This document shows positions 36,501 to 49,542 of a stretch of 64,000 nt of DNA, in pieces. The DNA comes from Utricularia gibba. Taxonomy: Eukaryota; Plantae; Magnoliophyta. A program made the translations under genes and the position numbers. The DNA is taken from NCBI GenBank assembly GCA_002189035.1, contig NEEC01000014.1, positions 186,001-250,000 on the forward strand, given 5' to 3'. The notes under the pieces are model-generated. The model saw only the letters and a program-made list of their open reading frames with translations, was not told where the DNA came from and did no database searches. Numbering within the stretch: position 1 is the first letter of the stretch; the number at the start of each line of letters is the position of its first letter.

Positions 36501-39500
36501 GCTTACTTCTATATTGTCAAAGGCGATAGTTCAGCCGGGAATTCGGGCTTTCAATCATGGATCCGCGCTTCAACAGGGTAAACCCCTTGACGAAGGATGA
36601 GAACATGCTTGATGTTATCGCAGATACTTTCCAAGCCCCGGAGTTTGGGTTCGAAGCTGATCGGGAGTGGCTGATTGCGCTGATTCGGGCGAGGATAGGG
36701 AGAGAGAATGAAGTCAAGTTGAGAGCCAGGATGGAGCGACATACTGGTTCCTCTACCAATCCTCCCGTTAATCCCCCATCTCCTCCTTCACTTTAGTGAC
36801 CTTTTTAACTTGGTGTATTTTCCCTCTGCTGTGGGGGCTTCTTGAACATTTTTGATATCCCAGTTCGGGATTTCCTTCTAATTTACTCCATTTTTTGTGC
36901 ATCACTTTTGCCTTTGATGATATCTTTCTTCGGGGGAAGCCCCGAGTTGGTTTTTTATGTCTATTACGTGCTTAGACTTGGGAGGTTCGCCTATGCTTTT
37001 GTGATCCGATAGTGGGTGTCTCTTTGCCAACCCTTTGGTTGGGCTTTTTTATTTTAGTTTGCCTTAGTATTTCCTTATGCGAGCTGAACAGCTGCTAGGG
37101 AAGTAAGTCGGAACCCCTAGCATGTTCAAAACGGTCATTGGCCTGGTCATTTCGACCACAAAATCGGCAAGAGGTTGGGCCTTAATTGCTGTTCTCGATT
37201 TAAACTCAATATCCATTGTACTCAATTCGACCGCCCATTTGGCAACCCTTCCGGAAATCTCTGGTCGAGATAGGATATTCTTCAGAGGCTGATTGGTGAA
37301 TACCACGATATGACCTCAGTTTTGTGGCCGCCATCTTCAGAGCCAAGATGAATTTTTCTGTCACCGAATACCGGGTTTCGGCCAGTAACAAAACCTTGCT
37401 CACATAATACACTGGCAGGTGTTTATCTGCCGAGATGGTTGTCAAGACTGCGCTGACTGCAACGGGCGATATAGACAGATATAGTCCTAAGGGCTCTCCT
37501 GCTTTTGGAGCCACAAGAAGCGGGGGTGATGAGAGATATTCCTTGAGTTTTTCAAAGGCAAGCCGGGCAATCCTCGTTCCATTCTAGAGCGTTTCCCTTT
37601 CACAAGACCTTGAAGATGGATGCCGACTTATCGGTTGATTGAGATATGAAACGGCTGAGGGCAGCTAATTTACCCGTGAGGCTTTGATACTCCTTGATTG
37701 TCCTTGGGGGTTGCATTTCGCATATTGCCTTAATCTTCTCGGGGTCAGCCTCGATTCCTCTCTTCGATACGTAATGCCTCAGGAATTTTCCACTTCCCAC
37801 CCCGAAGCAACATTTCAGTGGGTTGAGTTTTAACCCGTATAACTGGCACAAAGAGAAACAAGAATCCAAATATGCTAAATGGTCTTCTTCATTCAAAAAT
37901 TTTACGATCATATCGTCCACATATACCTCCATCGAGGTACCGATTTCAGAAGAGAATATTTTATTTATCAACCTCTGGTAAGTCGCCCCAGCATTCTTTG
38001 AACTGAAAGGCATGGCCACGTAACAGTAAACCCCATCCTTGGTGTAGAAGGTGGTTTTCGGTTGGTCTCTTTCGGCAACGAAAATTTGATGGTATCCTGA
38101 ATAGGCATCCATGGTGCTCAAGAATCGGGATCCGGCAATGGCGTCTACTAGCTTGTCAATCTTTGGCAAAGGATAAGGGTCCCTTTCGCAGCAGGCGTTG
38201 AGGTCGGTGAAGTCAATGCACATCCTCCATTTTCCCTCGGGCTTCGGGATGATGACTGGGTTGGATACCCACTCGGAATACTGGATCTCCTTCACATAAC
38301 CGGCTTCCAAGAGTTCCCTTGTTTTTTCTTTGATAATTCGGCACTTTTCCTCTGAGAAATGCCATTGCTTCTACCGAGCTGGTTTTGCCCCTGGGTAGGT
38401 ATCAATATGATGCTCGACAACGGATCGATCAATGCCTACATAGTCTGTAGCAGTCCAGGCAAAAATATCGGCGTTCTTCATCAAAAGTTCAACTAACCTC
38501 TTCTCAAATCCGGTGTCCAGATTGGCACCAATGTGGGTTGCTTTCTGCGCATCTTCTGGTACTAATTGCACCGATTTGTACCCTACTGGTTCCATTGCTT
38601 GTCTAGGGGTTATCGGGATTCCTTTTCTACCATCATCACTCTCGGTTTTTTGCACAGGGGTCTCGGTAGGAAGATACATAACAGAACCGGGCGGTTGGTT
38701 GGTCGATGCCCATCGTGCAAATGCCCCTCGATGTCGGGAATTTAATTTTCAAATGCACAGTGGAGGGTATCATACCGAATTGGTTGATGCCGGGTTGCTC
38801 GAGGATGATGCTGTATGAGACCTCTGAATTTAGGATCAAGAATTCCAACCTCTTGGTTTAGTTCTGCCTTGCCGCTCCGAATGTTACGGGCAGGGTTATT
38901 TTCACGATAGTCTGCATGGCCTGCTGATCGAAGGCGTATAACTCCATGCGCACGTGGCGGATGTTTCCCTCGTTGGATGATGCCAGTAACCCGGCTACTT
39001 CCTTCTTCATGATGTTGCAGGAGGATCCTTGATCAATAAGAATCCTTCTTACCTTGGTGCTCCCGCATATTCCCGATACCACCAAAGGTTCATCTCTTGC
39101 GGTTGGGGCAACTGGGACGTCTCTGCCAGAGAAGCTGATCTCTTCTTTTTCCCAAGCAGTTTTCTCAGTCGGACCATTTCCGATCTCGAAGACTTCTCCT
39201 CTTTTGGCGTCATCCAAATATCTCTTCCGCGCTTTTCCGGATACATCCATTTCAGTCCCTCCGGATATCACATAGATTTCCCAAATGTAGGGGGGACTGC
39301 CTTGCATTTGGTGTGAATTCCGTGAACTTTCTGGTATGTCTTGTCCTCCTCCAAGATTTGGTTCCCTGCTGGCTTTTGGGTCTTCCCTCACTGGTTTTGG
39401 GGGGAACTTTTGATATCGGTTACCTTCATTCCCGGTTCGTTCGTTACGTCCTCTTTTCCGGTCTGTCATCAATGCGGGGTTTCGTATCGCGTTACTCATT

Positions 39501-41363
39501 CCCCGCCAGCATGATATTGCTCGATCATCCTCTTCATTACTCGGCAGTTGACAGTATCATGCCCGCTAATCTTGTGTATTTCGCAATAGGCATCTATTCT
39601 GGTTGGCTCCACCTGATATATTTCACGGCGCTTGTTCGGCCTGGACCCCCGGTTAAGTTGGGTCTCTTGTTGCGGGCTCGGATGGATCTCCATGCAGCTT
39701 TTCATCTTGGCCCTGAGGTTGTTGTCAACTCGGATGTACTTCATGATTTTCCTTAGCAATTCTCCGAGATTCTTTGGTGGGGACTTTGATAGACTCTGTC
39801 CCAATTTCGACATTCCTAAGGCCCGTTTCATTATTTCCACCCTCTCCTTTAAATTCAGCTGGACATCTTGTGCTTGGCAGTTAAATCGGTCGATGAACCT
39901 TCTCAAACTCTCTTTTCGGTGGTCATACCAAACAGAGTATAATGCTGCCTTTGAAGGTGGAGCTTCGATGTTGACAAAGTATCGGGTAGTGAAAAGTAGC
40001 ACTAACTCCTGATAGGATGCCACGCAGCATGGTTCTAACTTTTTGAACCAAGTCTTTGCTCCTTTTTGGAGCGAGCAAGCGAACAGCTTACACTTCTTGG
40101 TCTCTGAATGTCGAACCATGGACATCCTCATATCGAAGTCAGTTACATGTGACTTGGGATCCCCTTTCCCGTCGTACGTGGGTAATTTGTCTGGGACCCT
40201 GAATCCTCTCTCGGGTTCTTCCTCGACTATATCGTCCGAGAAGGGGTCAAAACGCAGCGTTGTGGTCCCAACTGCTCCCTCAACCCACTCTTCAAGGCCA
40301 AAGCAATGTCGGCCAGAACGTCCCTCTCCCGGTGGATACGTTCTGATCGAAAACGTCCCTAAATCCCCTACCCTCTCTTCTCCCCATCGATCTCTGCTTG
40401 TTGATAAGTCTTCTCCTCTCGCGGATCTGATCTAACTCTCTCTTCAACTCTTCTTCCCTTTCTTCCAAGATTTTTCCCACCATGTTTTCCCTATCAGTTC
40501 CTGGCTCATATATAACTTGGTTGCGCCTCTTTCTTTGCAGCATCTCCTCCTCGGTTTCGGATTCAGTCTCCATATCCGGGGGTAATCCGGAATAAGAGGT
40601 TGCTTCTCCGTTCGTGGTGCAGTTTCGGGTGTTCCTTCTGGCGTTGGAGTTGAGACTTGAAGGTGCCCGGAGGTTCTCGAAGATTTCCGTTAGCAGGGCC
40701 TTCAGTTGCTCCCTGCTGGTGATCATAAGGCCGAGGTCTCGTGCGTCGGCGCTTCCGTCCTGAGCTGGGTCGATGGCTGTGCTATTTTCCGCCATGATTC
40801 ATGATTAACGAGTGGCTCCTGTGGGTTTCTCGAGTGGGGCTGTGGAACGTCGCCCCACGGTGGGCGTCAAAAATGTTACGAGTAAAATCGGTATCCGGTG
40901 GGAGGCCGATTTAAGGTGATAGGCGCGATTGGGAATGTTGCACTTAGTCGCGTTTTTCATGATTGGTTCAATTGAAGTAAAAATGAGCAAAGATTTTTAC
41001 GTGGAAACTGCCGGAAAGTGGAAAGACCACAGAGCTACCGGAGCTCGCCAGAAAAGGTTTTCACTAGATGGAGGTGGCGAAGAAGAGAATACATGTTGAA
41101 GAATCCTTTTTCCTTTTTTTTTCGTTCATCATAATTCCTTCTATTTATAGGAGAACTCAATCTGACCGAATCCTGACATCTGCAAATACCGGTTGCTTTC
41201 TGCAACTGCTATACGATCTCGCTTTTCAGATATCGGTTGCCTGTTATGCTGTAATTCGGCCGTTTTCTAAACTGTGTCATATGGCCATACCTATCAGATT
41301 TCTGACAAATATCAATCTGTCAACTGACATTATCCCCTCAGAGTCCCTTTTAGGGTCCTTTAG
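33548..41363 (-). mobile_element. Ty3/Gypsy Tat (Retand-like) retrotransposon, internally deleted
   Basis: LTRs 33548-34074 and 40874-~41363 (the latter truncated). PBS TGACGCCCACCGTGGGG (40853-40869, tRNA-Arg type) and PPT at 34075-34086. Gag, protease (ILIDQGSS), RT (YVDD) and partial RNase H are present; the integrase core is absent. Confidence 0.93.
34585..36796 (+). pseudogene. Antisense accessory ORF of the Tat element (Transposase_28-like N-terminus, coiled-coil C-terminus), degenerate
   Basis: GLRFPLHPLIVHFL...LAPNS motif at 34750-34840 and an Glu/Lys-rich coiled coil at 36173-36450. It lies between pol and the 3' LTR on the opposite strand, with stops, frameshifts and intron-like segments. 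Confidence 0.7.
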
Positions 41364-42124
41364 TTTTCTACCCACTGCAATTTAGTGGTATTTGAAAAGT
41401 ACCCACTATGTGCTACTATGTTAAAAAAGTACCCATCTTCTAAAAATTATTTTTTATTCTATTCTATTTTACTCAATTTCTATTAAAAAAAAATCCTATA
41501 TATTCATTTTATCTACTTGGATATCGGACATGAGTTTTAATTTTATTTTCTATTCATTTTATTATGTAAATTTGATAAATTATGTGAAAATTATTAATTT
41601 ATACTAAATATATGATAATTAAATATAAAAAGAATTATAAAACATTAAAAATATAACTAATTTTTCACTTTAATCAAACTATTGCACCCCAACGCATTTT
41701 GGGGAGAACTAGCTAGCTCTAGGTTCGAATGGCATTTCACCCTTAACCACGACTCATTCGCTAATTCTTCAACATCAGTCGGTATTTATTTGTTAAGTAT
41801 TCATGTTTTTTATTCATATTATATGATATTGTATTTTTTATAACAAAAATAGCTATTATATTTATAAAAAATGTAAATAAATAAATATGTAATATTGATT
41901 TCATTATAAATCATATAACTACATATGCACTTTTTAAAATTGACTATATGTATAATCAATATATATATATATATATATGTAATTAAATATAGTTTCTTAT
42001 GAAATAGATTTAACAACATATTTATTATAAATAAAGCTAAATATACAAAAAATATTCAATATAACATAATTAAATATGATCAATATAACCAACATATATA
42101 ATAAATTGCAGCGTTTACATCATT

Positions 42125-44895
42125 TTATGAAAAAAAATTAAACATTCTTTGAAATGCATTTTTCTTACGTTGTTGTTGATTCGATGGTCCTGGTGGGTCA
42201 AAGTTCAGGTGTTGTGGACGTTCTTGTATAGAGGCACGTGGCGGTTGAGGAATCGGCTCGAAGTTGTGTCCATATGGCACATCCACAGATGATCTATGTG
42301 GTTGTGAATGACTTGGAGTTGTGTCTTCATCCACATGCATATATCCTGTGTTCGCATGTCTACGTCTTCCTCTATCCATGTTCATTGGAAAGTGTGTACT
42401 ACGATGGCGTCCACGATGAACATGCCTAGCACGTTCAGGATCAACACGAAGAACCACCAGTGGTGAGAGCCAATGTTTCTCAGTTCTGAGTGGCTGAAAT
42501 TGATTTCGATATGCATTCAACAGACGCCGTAGAAGGTGGATTGGATTGAGTAATGTTAGTGGATCGATCCCAAGAAGCTTGCAAGCCTATTCATGCAAAA
42601 CAATTTATATATCATTAATATTGTATTTAAAAATATAAAACAAGTTGTGGTTTGAGAAATTACCTGTTGCGCATGAGAGCACGGTATACCATAATTTTGC
42701 CATTTGGTACAAGTGCAAGTTTGATCTTTGATTTTGATGAAACACACATTCTCCGAGCCATTCTTCCGAATAGTTGTGACTCAAACCACCTTTTGTCGAC
42801 GGTCATAAACCTCCACATTTGTATATGGGATTGGTCTATCCCATCGCTTTAGTAGGAGTTCAGCTTCTTTGCTGAATACTTTGTTTTGACGCTCCATATT
42901 AAGAACCTCTTCCAAACCTTCATACATATATTTTTTGCACCGTGTGAATGTTGCCTACAGGAGGTACACACATATTAGCTTAAAATATTTTATTTAAAAT
43001 GATGTTGATATAATACCTGAGCTAATGCTGTTAATGGAAGATGTCGTGCACCCAAAAGCACACCGTTCATTCCTTCTACTTGATTTGTTGTCATAGTACC
43101 ATATCTCTTGCCACCATCATGAGACAAAGTCCATTTTTGCGCAGGAATTGCATGCAGGTATTCCCATGCCCTAACATTAAGATGTTTAATGTTAGTCATG
43201 TATTCTTCAAATTTATCAATGCAACTTGTATGTGCCGCTTTGTTGAACCAATCTCTGACTCCGGGAGTTTTAAATTTATCCATAAGATTTGCTCGAAGAT
43301 GTCGAATGCAATATCGATGACATCCTCCATGCTCTTCACTAAACGCAGGCACAAGTTGTGCTCCCTTTCTTATTGAACCACATTGATCAGATATTAGACA
43401 TGTTGGCTTATCCAATGTAATATAAGTACCAATGTGTTGTAAAAACCAATGCCAAGATTCATCTGTCTTCTCATCTACAACAGCAAAGGCAAGAGGCAAC
43501 ATCTTCCGAAGTGGTGTAAGTGTCACTACAATAAGTAGTTTATGCTTGTAAGAGGAATACAAATGTGTTGCGTCAGATAACAGGGAGTGTATGCTGGTAT
43601 GCACGTATACACGGTCCAAATGCCCAAAACACATAATTTAATGTTTCGCCATCTTGCCGATGTTTGTAGTCAATTACTGTTTCTTGATTTTGAAGCATTA
43701 CTTCCTGCAAAAAAGAAGGGAGTTTCGGAACTGACTCCTCCCAAGTACCATAGAGCAATTGAAATGCTCTTTGCCTTCCAAACCAAGCTCGGTGATATGG
43801 TATAGTATAACCGGTTTCCTGTTTGATTTTAGTAACAATTGTAGATACTTTGGTCCCAATATCAGCTTGAACATACGGCTTGGCCTTTTCTGCAATATAC
43901 GTTACATTGATATTCTTGTGATTAAAAAACCTTCCTCCAAGGCGCCGACAAGTATGAGGCTCAATCAGTTTATTCACCTTCCATCTATTGATTTTTTTAT
44001 AATGTGCTGCACGAATTCTCCATCTACACTGTTGTTCTCCAAACATGGGGCAACGAAGATCTAGAACTCTTGGCTCACTATCATGCACAATATATTCCTT
44101 GCCAATTCTGATCATGTGATTTCGCACAGCATTACGAAAGTCTTCTTTATCTGTAAATAGTTGACCAATAGTAAATGGAGATTCATATTCCTCTTCCTCG
44201 GGTTCAATAATATTTTCATCATTTGTATCATTTTCATCATCAGACTCATTGGTTTCAGGTGGGAGTTCTGCTCCTGGAACTTGGTGTTCATTGTCATAAT
44301 CCCAATAAGCATCACCATCAGGATTTGGAGCCACTCCAAAATCATAATCTGCATACTCTTCTAATATATGAGATTTGAATTAGATTCATAATACATATCA
44401 TACATTAAAATTATAATATATCATAAAATGCTAAAGTTAATAAAATTAATTATACAACATACCTTCTTCAATTTCCCTTGAAGCTGTTGAAACATCATTA
44501 TCTTCAACATTAATATAACTACTTGGAAAGTTGTTAAAATATGTTGAGGGATCTCCTAAATAGGAGGGAGTGACAGATTTGCTGGAACTAACATACAAAT
44601 CCACCGGTAAAGTAATATGATTTGGATGAAAAACATAAGAAAGTTCCATCTGTGAATAAATAGGCATGTATCGCGTTGTATTACTTTCCTGATCATAGTA
44701 TTGGGCAGATAGATTAAGCGTATATTCGCTGGAGTTGATTCCACAAAATGCAAACAATTGATTGATGAGATCCTTCATTTAAATATTTATATCAAAATCC
44801 ATAAATCCTACCGGTGGCATATCATAAGTTGTAAAATCTCCATAGTTGATGATATTGCCTCCAGCAAAAATCCTCACACGCACCAGCTTCCTCAT
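42125..44895 (-). pseudogene. MURA-like transposase, disrupted
   Basis: MuDR domain (FTIGQLFTDKEDFRNAV...CRWRIRA...HTC), MULE DDE region (ISDQ...HRYCIRHLRAN) and SWIM finger CTCTKWQNYGIPCSH. Several frameshifts and an early TAA near 44780. Confidence 0.88.
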
Positions 44896-45032
44896 TGAGA
44901 TTTGCAAGAACAAATGAAGAGATATCAAGAAAGATTCAAAGATTGAGCATAACCTCTCGGATGAGAGTGTGGCTATTTATAAGCTCTAAAATTAATGATT
45001 GTGGACCTAATGATTGCCCATGCAAAATAAAT

Positions 45033-45740
45033 AATTATGGAGGCCAACCATAATAACATGTAGATGTAAGTGGCAAACACATCACATGATAATTAAACAA
45101 TTCATTTGAATAAATTTATTTCAACATAATATAAATTTATTACTAAATGATAAAGTGTTATTATTATATCTTTAAATATATTTATAGGAAAATTGATGTT
45201 AAAATCTATTTCATTAGAAATTATATTTAGTAACATATATATTAATTATATATACAATCAACTTATGCAAATGTATTAATTTTAATTTTTATGTACTCAT
45301 TGGTTAAGTGACCATAGATTTTTACTTAAATTATATACACAATTATGAAGGCCAACCATAATTCATTTATTATGTGAAGTGGCAAGCACATCACATGCTA
45401 ATCAAATAATTCATTGAAATAAGTTTATTTCAATATAATACAAATTTATTACTAAATAATGAAAAGTTATTATTACATCTTTAAACATATTTATAAAAAA
45501 ATATGATGTAAAATCTATTTCATCAGAAATTATATTAGTTATATATATAATGATTATATATATACAATCAACTTATGTAAATGTATTAATTTTAATTTTT
45601 ATGTACTCATTTGTTAAGTGATAATAACATAAAAGCGACAAACACATCACATGATAATCAAATAATTCAGTTATTTATTTCATCATAATAAAAATTTATT
45701 ATTATATGATAAAAAGTTATTATTATATACTTAAATTTAT
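45033..45740. repeat. AT-rich tandem repeat (~308-bp unit, ~2.3 copies) in the MULE subterminal region
   Basis: AATTATG.AGGCCAACCATAAT at 45033 and 45341; ACACATCACATG recurs three times; TACAATCAACTTATG.AAATGTATTAATTTTTAA recurs twice. Confidence 0.85.
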
Positions 45741-47259
45741 TTATTTTTGTATTACATATATATTGATTATATTAAATAAGCGGGAAAGTGGGTGAAGTGC
45801 TTGCGCGCGACGAGGCGTCATCCTCGCTGCATGGAGGCGCACATCCTGCTCCAGCGTACATTGGTCATGTGGGATACGCGGCGATGTGGGCATGCGCACA
45901 AGCGGCATTGGGGTAGCATGCACGGGTGGCTACTCATGCAGGACGCCTGCACGTCCCGACCTTGCATCAAGTCGCGCACGATGCACGCACGCCGGCCCTC
46001 GCATGCAAGGGAGCGGCGTCAGGGTAGCGTGTGCGGGTGGCGCCTCGCACAAGACGCTCGTGCCATGTGCGGGCGGGTGATGGGCTGGCACGCATGAAGT
46101 GCCATTCCCGCCGCACAATCGATTGACCATGCGCGGTGATCTAGTGGGACTGCATCTTTATTTAATAAAAAATGAATATAATAGTATAAAATAAAAAAAT
46201 AATTTTTAGAAGATGGGTACTTTTTTAACATAATAGCACATAGTGGGTACTTTTCAAATACCATTAAATTACAGTGGGTAGAAAAGTAAAAAACTCAAAT
46301 GGGGTGGGTCCGTCAATGGCTAGAAAATACAATCGGTAATTTGTCTTTATTGTGTGCAGTCTGGTAGGCCACAGTGTGGGGCTGAAATATTTTTTATTCG
46401 TCTTGATCTGTAAAGCTGGGCCTTGTAGTATAGAAAATGGGCTCAGCAGCTTCTCTTCTACGTATAACTTTGTCTTTCTGGAATCCCTAGTTCTCATACA
46501 TCATCTCTTCGTCTTCGATCTGCTCAATTGAGTGTACCAGATTCAATTTATCATTGGTTAACGGACAGTTGTTGGATTTCAGATTTCTAAAGAGAAGTGG
46601 TCTGGTAGACAAATAAACTTGGAGCATCTGCGGGTGTTTGGTTTTAAGGCTCTGGTTTCTTAGGCTAACTCTTTTTTTTTCTCTTTTTCTATTTGACTCA
46701 CTTCATCCGCTTGGAATTCATACGAATGCTGGTGATTATTGATCAAAATAAAACCTACTACCAAACTTGAAGACAAATATTATCAAAAGGACAAAGTGGA
46801 CTAAATCAAAACTAGTAGAATTGCAAAACAATGGAATTTTCAGAGTAAAGTTTACTGATTTCTTCAGAATAGTTCCGGCTTAGTGAGGCTAGTAGATCTT
46901 CCATTCCTCTTCATCATGGGCTCAGTCAAATTTACAGGCTCATTTCGTGGAGTGAGCCATTGCTCATAGTACATGAAGGGATTTGATTAACAGTACCTTG
47001 GGTTGGGGCATTTTTCGAAATCAAAATTCTGAATTTGGATGCCAACATCAAATCTGGATAATTAAGTTTTGTAGAATCTACTCACGAGCCCCCAAACGGG
47101 CTTGGCTGGATGGAACAAATTCTATGCCAATAAATGAAAGATGAATGGATGTATACGAAAGCATCATCAAACACGGTACTTGAATGGATGTAGAGTTGTG
47201 GAGGGTGGTTGAGATACTTGAATTACCCAACAACTTGTTCCAAAAGTAATTCAAAAGTA

Positions 47260-48290
47260 AGCCTACACTGGGGAATCCTGGGGATAGAGCGACAAGCCAA
47301 ATAATAGCTACATGTGAATAAATCATTTACTTATATAGGTTCAACGGGTTCACTTAGGAACTCATTTTATAAGTTCGAGAGTACAGCGGGTGCTGGTTGG
47401 GTCAATCCGATCTAATTAAACCCTTAATTTCTTGGTTTATGTGTGGGTAAATATCTAGACGAACATCCACTTTTGAATTCGCAAGACTCTTCAATGATGA
47501 ACAACCTTTTTCTAATTTTCATTTCACTAAAGACGTGAACTTTTTGACATGCATTAGCTTTGCACGGTTGCATCTGGTGTGCTAGAGAATCATGACGTCC
47601 TAGACTTAGGCATGACCACATCTTAGTTACCCTCACAGAGTGTAACCTTTATAAGTTCAACGTGATTGAATTGACACGGATTTTGATGCTACATATTTTT
47701 TAACTGTTACTGCATTACCCGAGTAGTGCTTGGTATTCCCTTCTCGAGAAGCAAGATTAGAGTTCAGATGAAGGGGTTGAATAAATGTGCAGTTGTAATT
47801 ACAAAATACTGTTGATTTTATGTCTACCATCCCAAAGTTTAAAATGGTAAGAAGAACCAATGAAGTAGGAGGGGGGAGGGGGGTGTCAAGTGTCTCGTTG
47901 CGGTTCATTTAACTGAAGCAAAAAGAGTCGGTTTGAGAAAGCTGGCCCAAGTTGGGATCGGGTCCCTGGCACAACTTCAGGTGGTGCTTACAGCTCAGTT
48001 TCAGGTTTAGATGCCACTCAGGCTGCTCTTCGGTTTTATTCCTTTAATTCTCATGTGCTTTTTTTCGATGTTCTATGCTGGACCTCCTTCTCAAGCTTAC
48101 TCAAAAGTCAAAACACATACACGGACTTGATTATTTTAATGGATAGATATTTTTATATTATTTTGGGTGGACAGTACCGAGCTCATGTGGCAAGCTCTTA
48201 CAAACCTGTATATAAATGGAGTAAGGCCGTGCGGTTAAAAGCACAGACTACATACAACAGGACCCTGCCCCTGGGTAGCCAGTTGTACGC
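47260..48290. repeat. Compact duplicate of the FUT/Pro-rich intergenic region
   Basis: 47260-47780 matches 13700-14240, and 47770-48290 matches 18530-18950. The ~4.3 kb between those blocks in the first copy is missing here. Confidence 0.8.
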
Positions 48291-48296
48291 AAAAGT

Positions 48297-49290
48297 ATGG
48301 CCGTTGGCAGCTCTATTCTTTCTATCTTCCCCTATTATTTTCTCTCTTGCTGTGACCACCATGTTTTGTACCGTTTCTGCCGTGGCTGTGACCACCACCA
48401 CTGCCTCCGCCACCGCCGCCACCCTTACTGCCACCACCCTCACCTCCGTCACCACACCCATCACCCTCACCATCACCTCCTCCATCGCCGACGCCACCAC
48501 CACCAAGTTGATAATTTCGAGCATCCTATATTGCTGTCCTAATGTGGTAGTACCTCCGGCTACAGCGCCATTATCCCACCTTTTAAAGATGCTTTAAAAA
48601 TTGGGATTATCGATATTCCAAAAGATATCAAAGTCAAGTTTAATTATATATTCACCAAACATGTTTATCAGTTAATTATATTAGATTTAAACCAGCGTGT
48701 AATTTTCAATCATATACTGCGAGGCCAAAAATCCTAGGCATTTTGTAGAATGATCTCGATATGGAATAATCTCAATTGGCATTTTCTCATGATCATCGCC
48801 CAAATCGAGTGTCAAATTGCTTTGGTTACTTTCAATCATCAGCATAAAGAAATGAATAATAAGTTTGATGCACTTTATTCATCCATCGTACCTTACTTGG
48901 CAAGACAAGGCGTGAGAGTGCACTTGATCAGCACAACCCTCAGAGAAAGTTTATATCACTGAGTGGGACATCATTATTGTCACTGAGTTGGCATGGACAG
49001 GGCAGACTCACGGACAAAGTCGAGCCATGACATTGCCTTATCCGGAAGCGGTATAGGGGAACAGATCAGCAATGACTTTGGTGCAATATAATTGCTGCAT
49101 GAACAAACTGATAGGACCACGATGGTGCAAGAGGGAATAACAAATAATAAACATAGGCTGAGAAAGTAACTTGTTCACTTGAATCAGTAGCAGCAGTCTA
49201 CGGGTCTAGATTGTTACATTTCAGGGTTACAGTTACACCTGCAAACTGCTACTACTGATTCAAGTGGACGAATTACCATATTTGTGTATT
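48297..49290 (+). pseudogene. Pro-rich + Ole e 1-like gene copy C, broken by stops and an inversion
   Basis: The 5' half (MAVGSSI, Pro tract, KLIISSILYCCPN) lies on + to ~48585. The 3' half (GVTVTLKC...RLCP*) lies on - at 49240-49008. A further + fragment QTATTDSSGRITIF is at 49241-49290. Confidence 0.78.
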
Positions 49291-49542
49291 CATAAACTTC
49301 AAACAGTAAACAGGTTCGCAGAGGTGGAGTTTTGTTGAATCTCCCTGAGATGATCCCTGGTGGAGCATGTCGCCGCAGCCCAAAAATAAATTGAAGAGGG
49401 GAGAAACTCACAAGTCATGGGAGAAGGAAGAAATTGAATGGTCCATGAAATACATGAATTAATGTGCGGCATAACTCAGTATCCGTGACTCACCTACAGT
49501 CTCCACATAGATTTTTCTTTTGCGGTCACCTGAGCTATATAC

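Larger units (their letters stand above)
41364..46296 (-). mobile_element. Mutator-like (MuDR) DNA transposon
   Basis: Long TIRs at ~41364-41495 and ~46155-46285 (TTTTCTACCCACTG...AAAAGTACCCA x2) enclose a transposase. No TSD found; the left terminus appears clipped. Confidence 0.9.

Noticed and set aside
45741-46130. Overlapping 60-101 aa ORFs in the GC-rich block
   Set aside because: Artefacts of high GC content; no domain similarity.
46330-47050. Promoter-like site II motifs and UTR/intron-like sequence right of the MULE
   Set aside because: No coding exon could be identified downstream.
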